NCBI GenBank assembly: GCA_964487045.1
Contig: CAZAOT010000001.1
Span: 4,875 to 68,874, forward strand
Reading direction: 5' to 3'
Length of the DNA: 64,000 nucleotides
Origin: an uncultured Candidatus Saccharibacteria bacterium
Lineage (GTDB): Bacteria; Patescibacteriota; UBA1384; DTJR01
Positions 63,829-64,000 of this stretch are shown piece by piece. Positions within the stretch are counted from its first letter, which is position 1; each line of letters begins with the position of its first letter. The notes under the pieces were generated by a model. It made no database searches, was not told where the DNA came from, and was given only the letters and a program-made list of their open reading frames with translations. A program made the position numbers and the translations under genes.

Positions 63829-64000
63829 AGAAATTCAGATTAGACCTAAATATAAGAGAAAAGTTCTCTCTAGATTCTAAGTCTCGGGGGTATTTATATT
63901 TGACTCATATTTGCAAGTTGAATCGATTTAAGATATCATCTTCCTTTCTAGAGCGAGCTCAAAAAGTGCTTAAAAATATCTGGGACCTTGCCTATCAAAA
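63829..64000 (+). CDS. possible start of a CDS running off the window end
   Basis: GTG after AGGCGGGGG. Open frame to position 64000 (VHLKKFRLDLNIREKFSLDSKSRGYLYLTH...). Very short sample. Confidence 0.3.

Overview
This is a 64-kb segment of an AT-rich bacterial chromosome. It has TTGACA-N17-TATAAT-type promoters, Shine-Dalgarno sites and CCA-encoding tRNAs. The gene content (a short ValRS, giant LamG/FN3 surface proteins, dense glycan genes, many orphan small proteins) suggests a small-genome Patescibacteria/CPR-like organism, but that is inference only.

Content from left to right:
- 0-4.7 kb: rfbB/rfbC-like/rfbA dTDP-sugar genes and acs.
- 4.7-14 kb: a near-complete pseudaminic-acid operon (pseB, pseC, pseH, pseI, pseF, methylase) with an acetamidino module (HisH/HisF-like plus a PP-loop amidotransferase).
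- 14-24 kb: flippase, GT2s, an O-acyltransferase and a GtrB-like/DUF2304/GT-C trio.
- 25.7-37 kb: HIT, VIT1-like, radical-SAM, cyclophilin, GH1 and a Doc/HTH toxin-antitoxin pair.
- Scattered: tRNA-Ser(GCU), tRNA-Arg(GCG), tRNA-Ser(UGA), valS and trpS.
- 52.7-63 kb: two tandem paralogous giant surface proteins.

Two things stand out.
1. Eight sharply bounded GC-rich cassettes with foreign codon usage sit between AT-rich native genes: about 24.24-25.73, 27.85-30.86, 37.22-38.10, 40.19-40.90, 42.40-42.70, 43.73-44.58, 47.53-48.77 and 51.22-51.96 kb. Most of them (five for the promoter, at least six for the terminator) have their own host-type promoter and a strong GC hairpin terminator. They encode a PlsY fused to an acyl-ACP-reductase-like domain plus a GpsA-like gene, a GT4 that is a xenolog of its AT-rich neighbour, and several orphan small membrane proteins.
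2. A large-serine-recombinase element is inserted in the 3' end of tRNA-Arg. It is built from two back-to-back modules bracketed by 100-bp (98/100) and 95-bp (95/95) inverted repeats that meet at a shared GTAC-CA core. One module carries the recombinase and the other a GC-rich cargo gene. All four att-type arm combinations are present in the locus.

No rRNA, CRISPR array or DDE-type IS was seen. All homology statements come from motif recognition by eye, not from searches.
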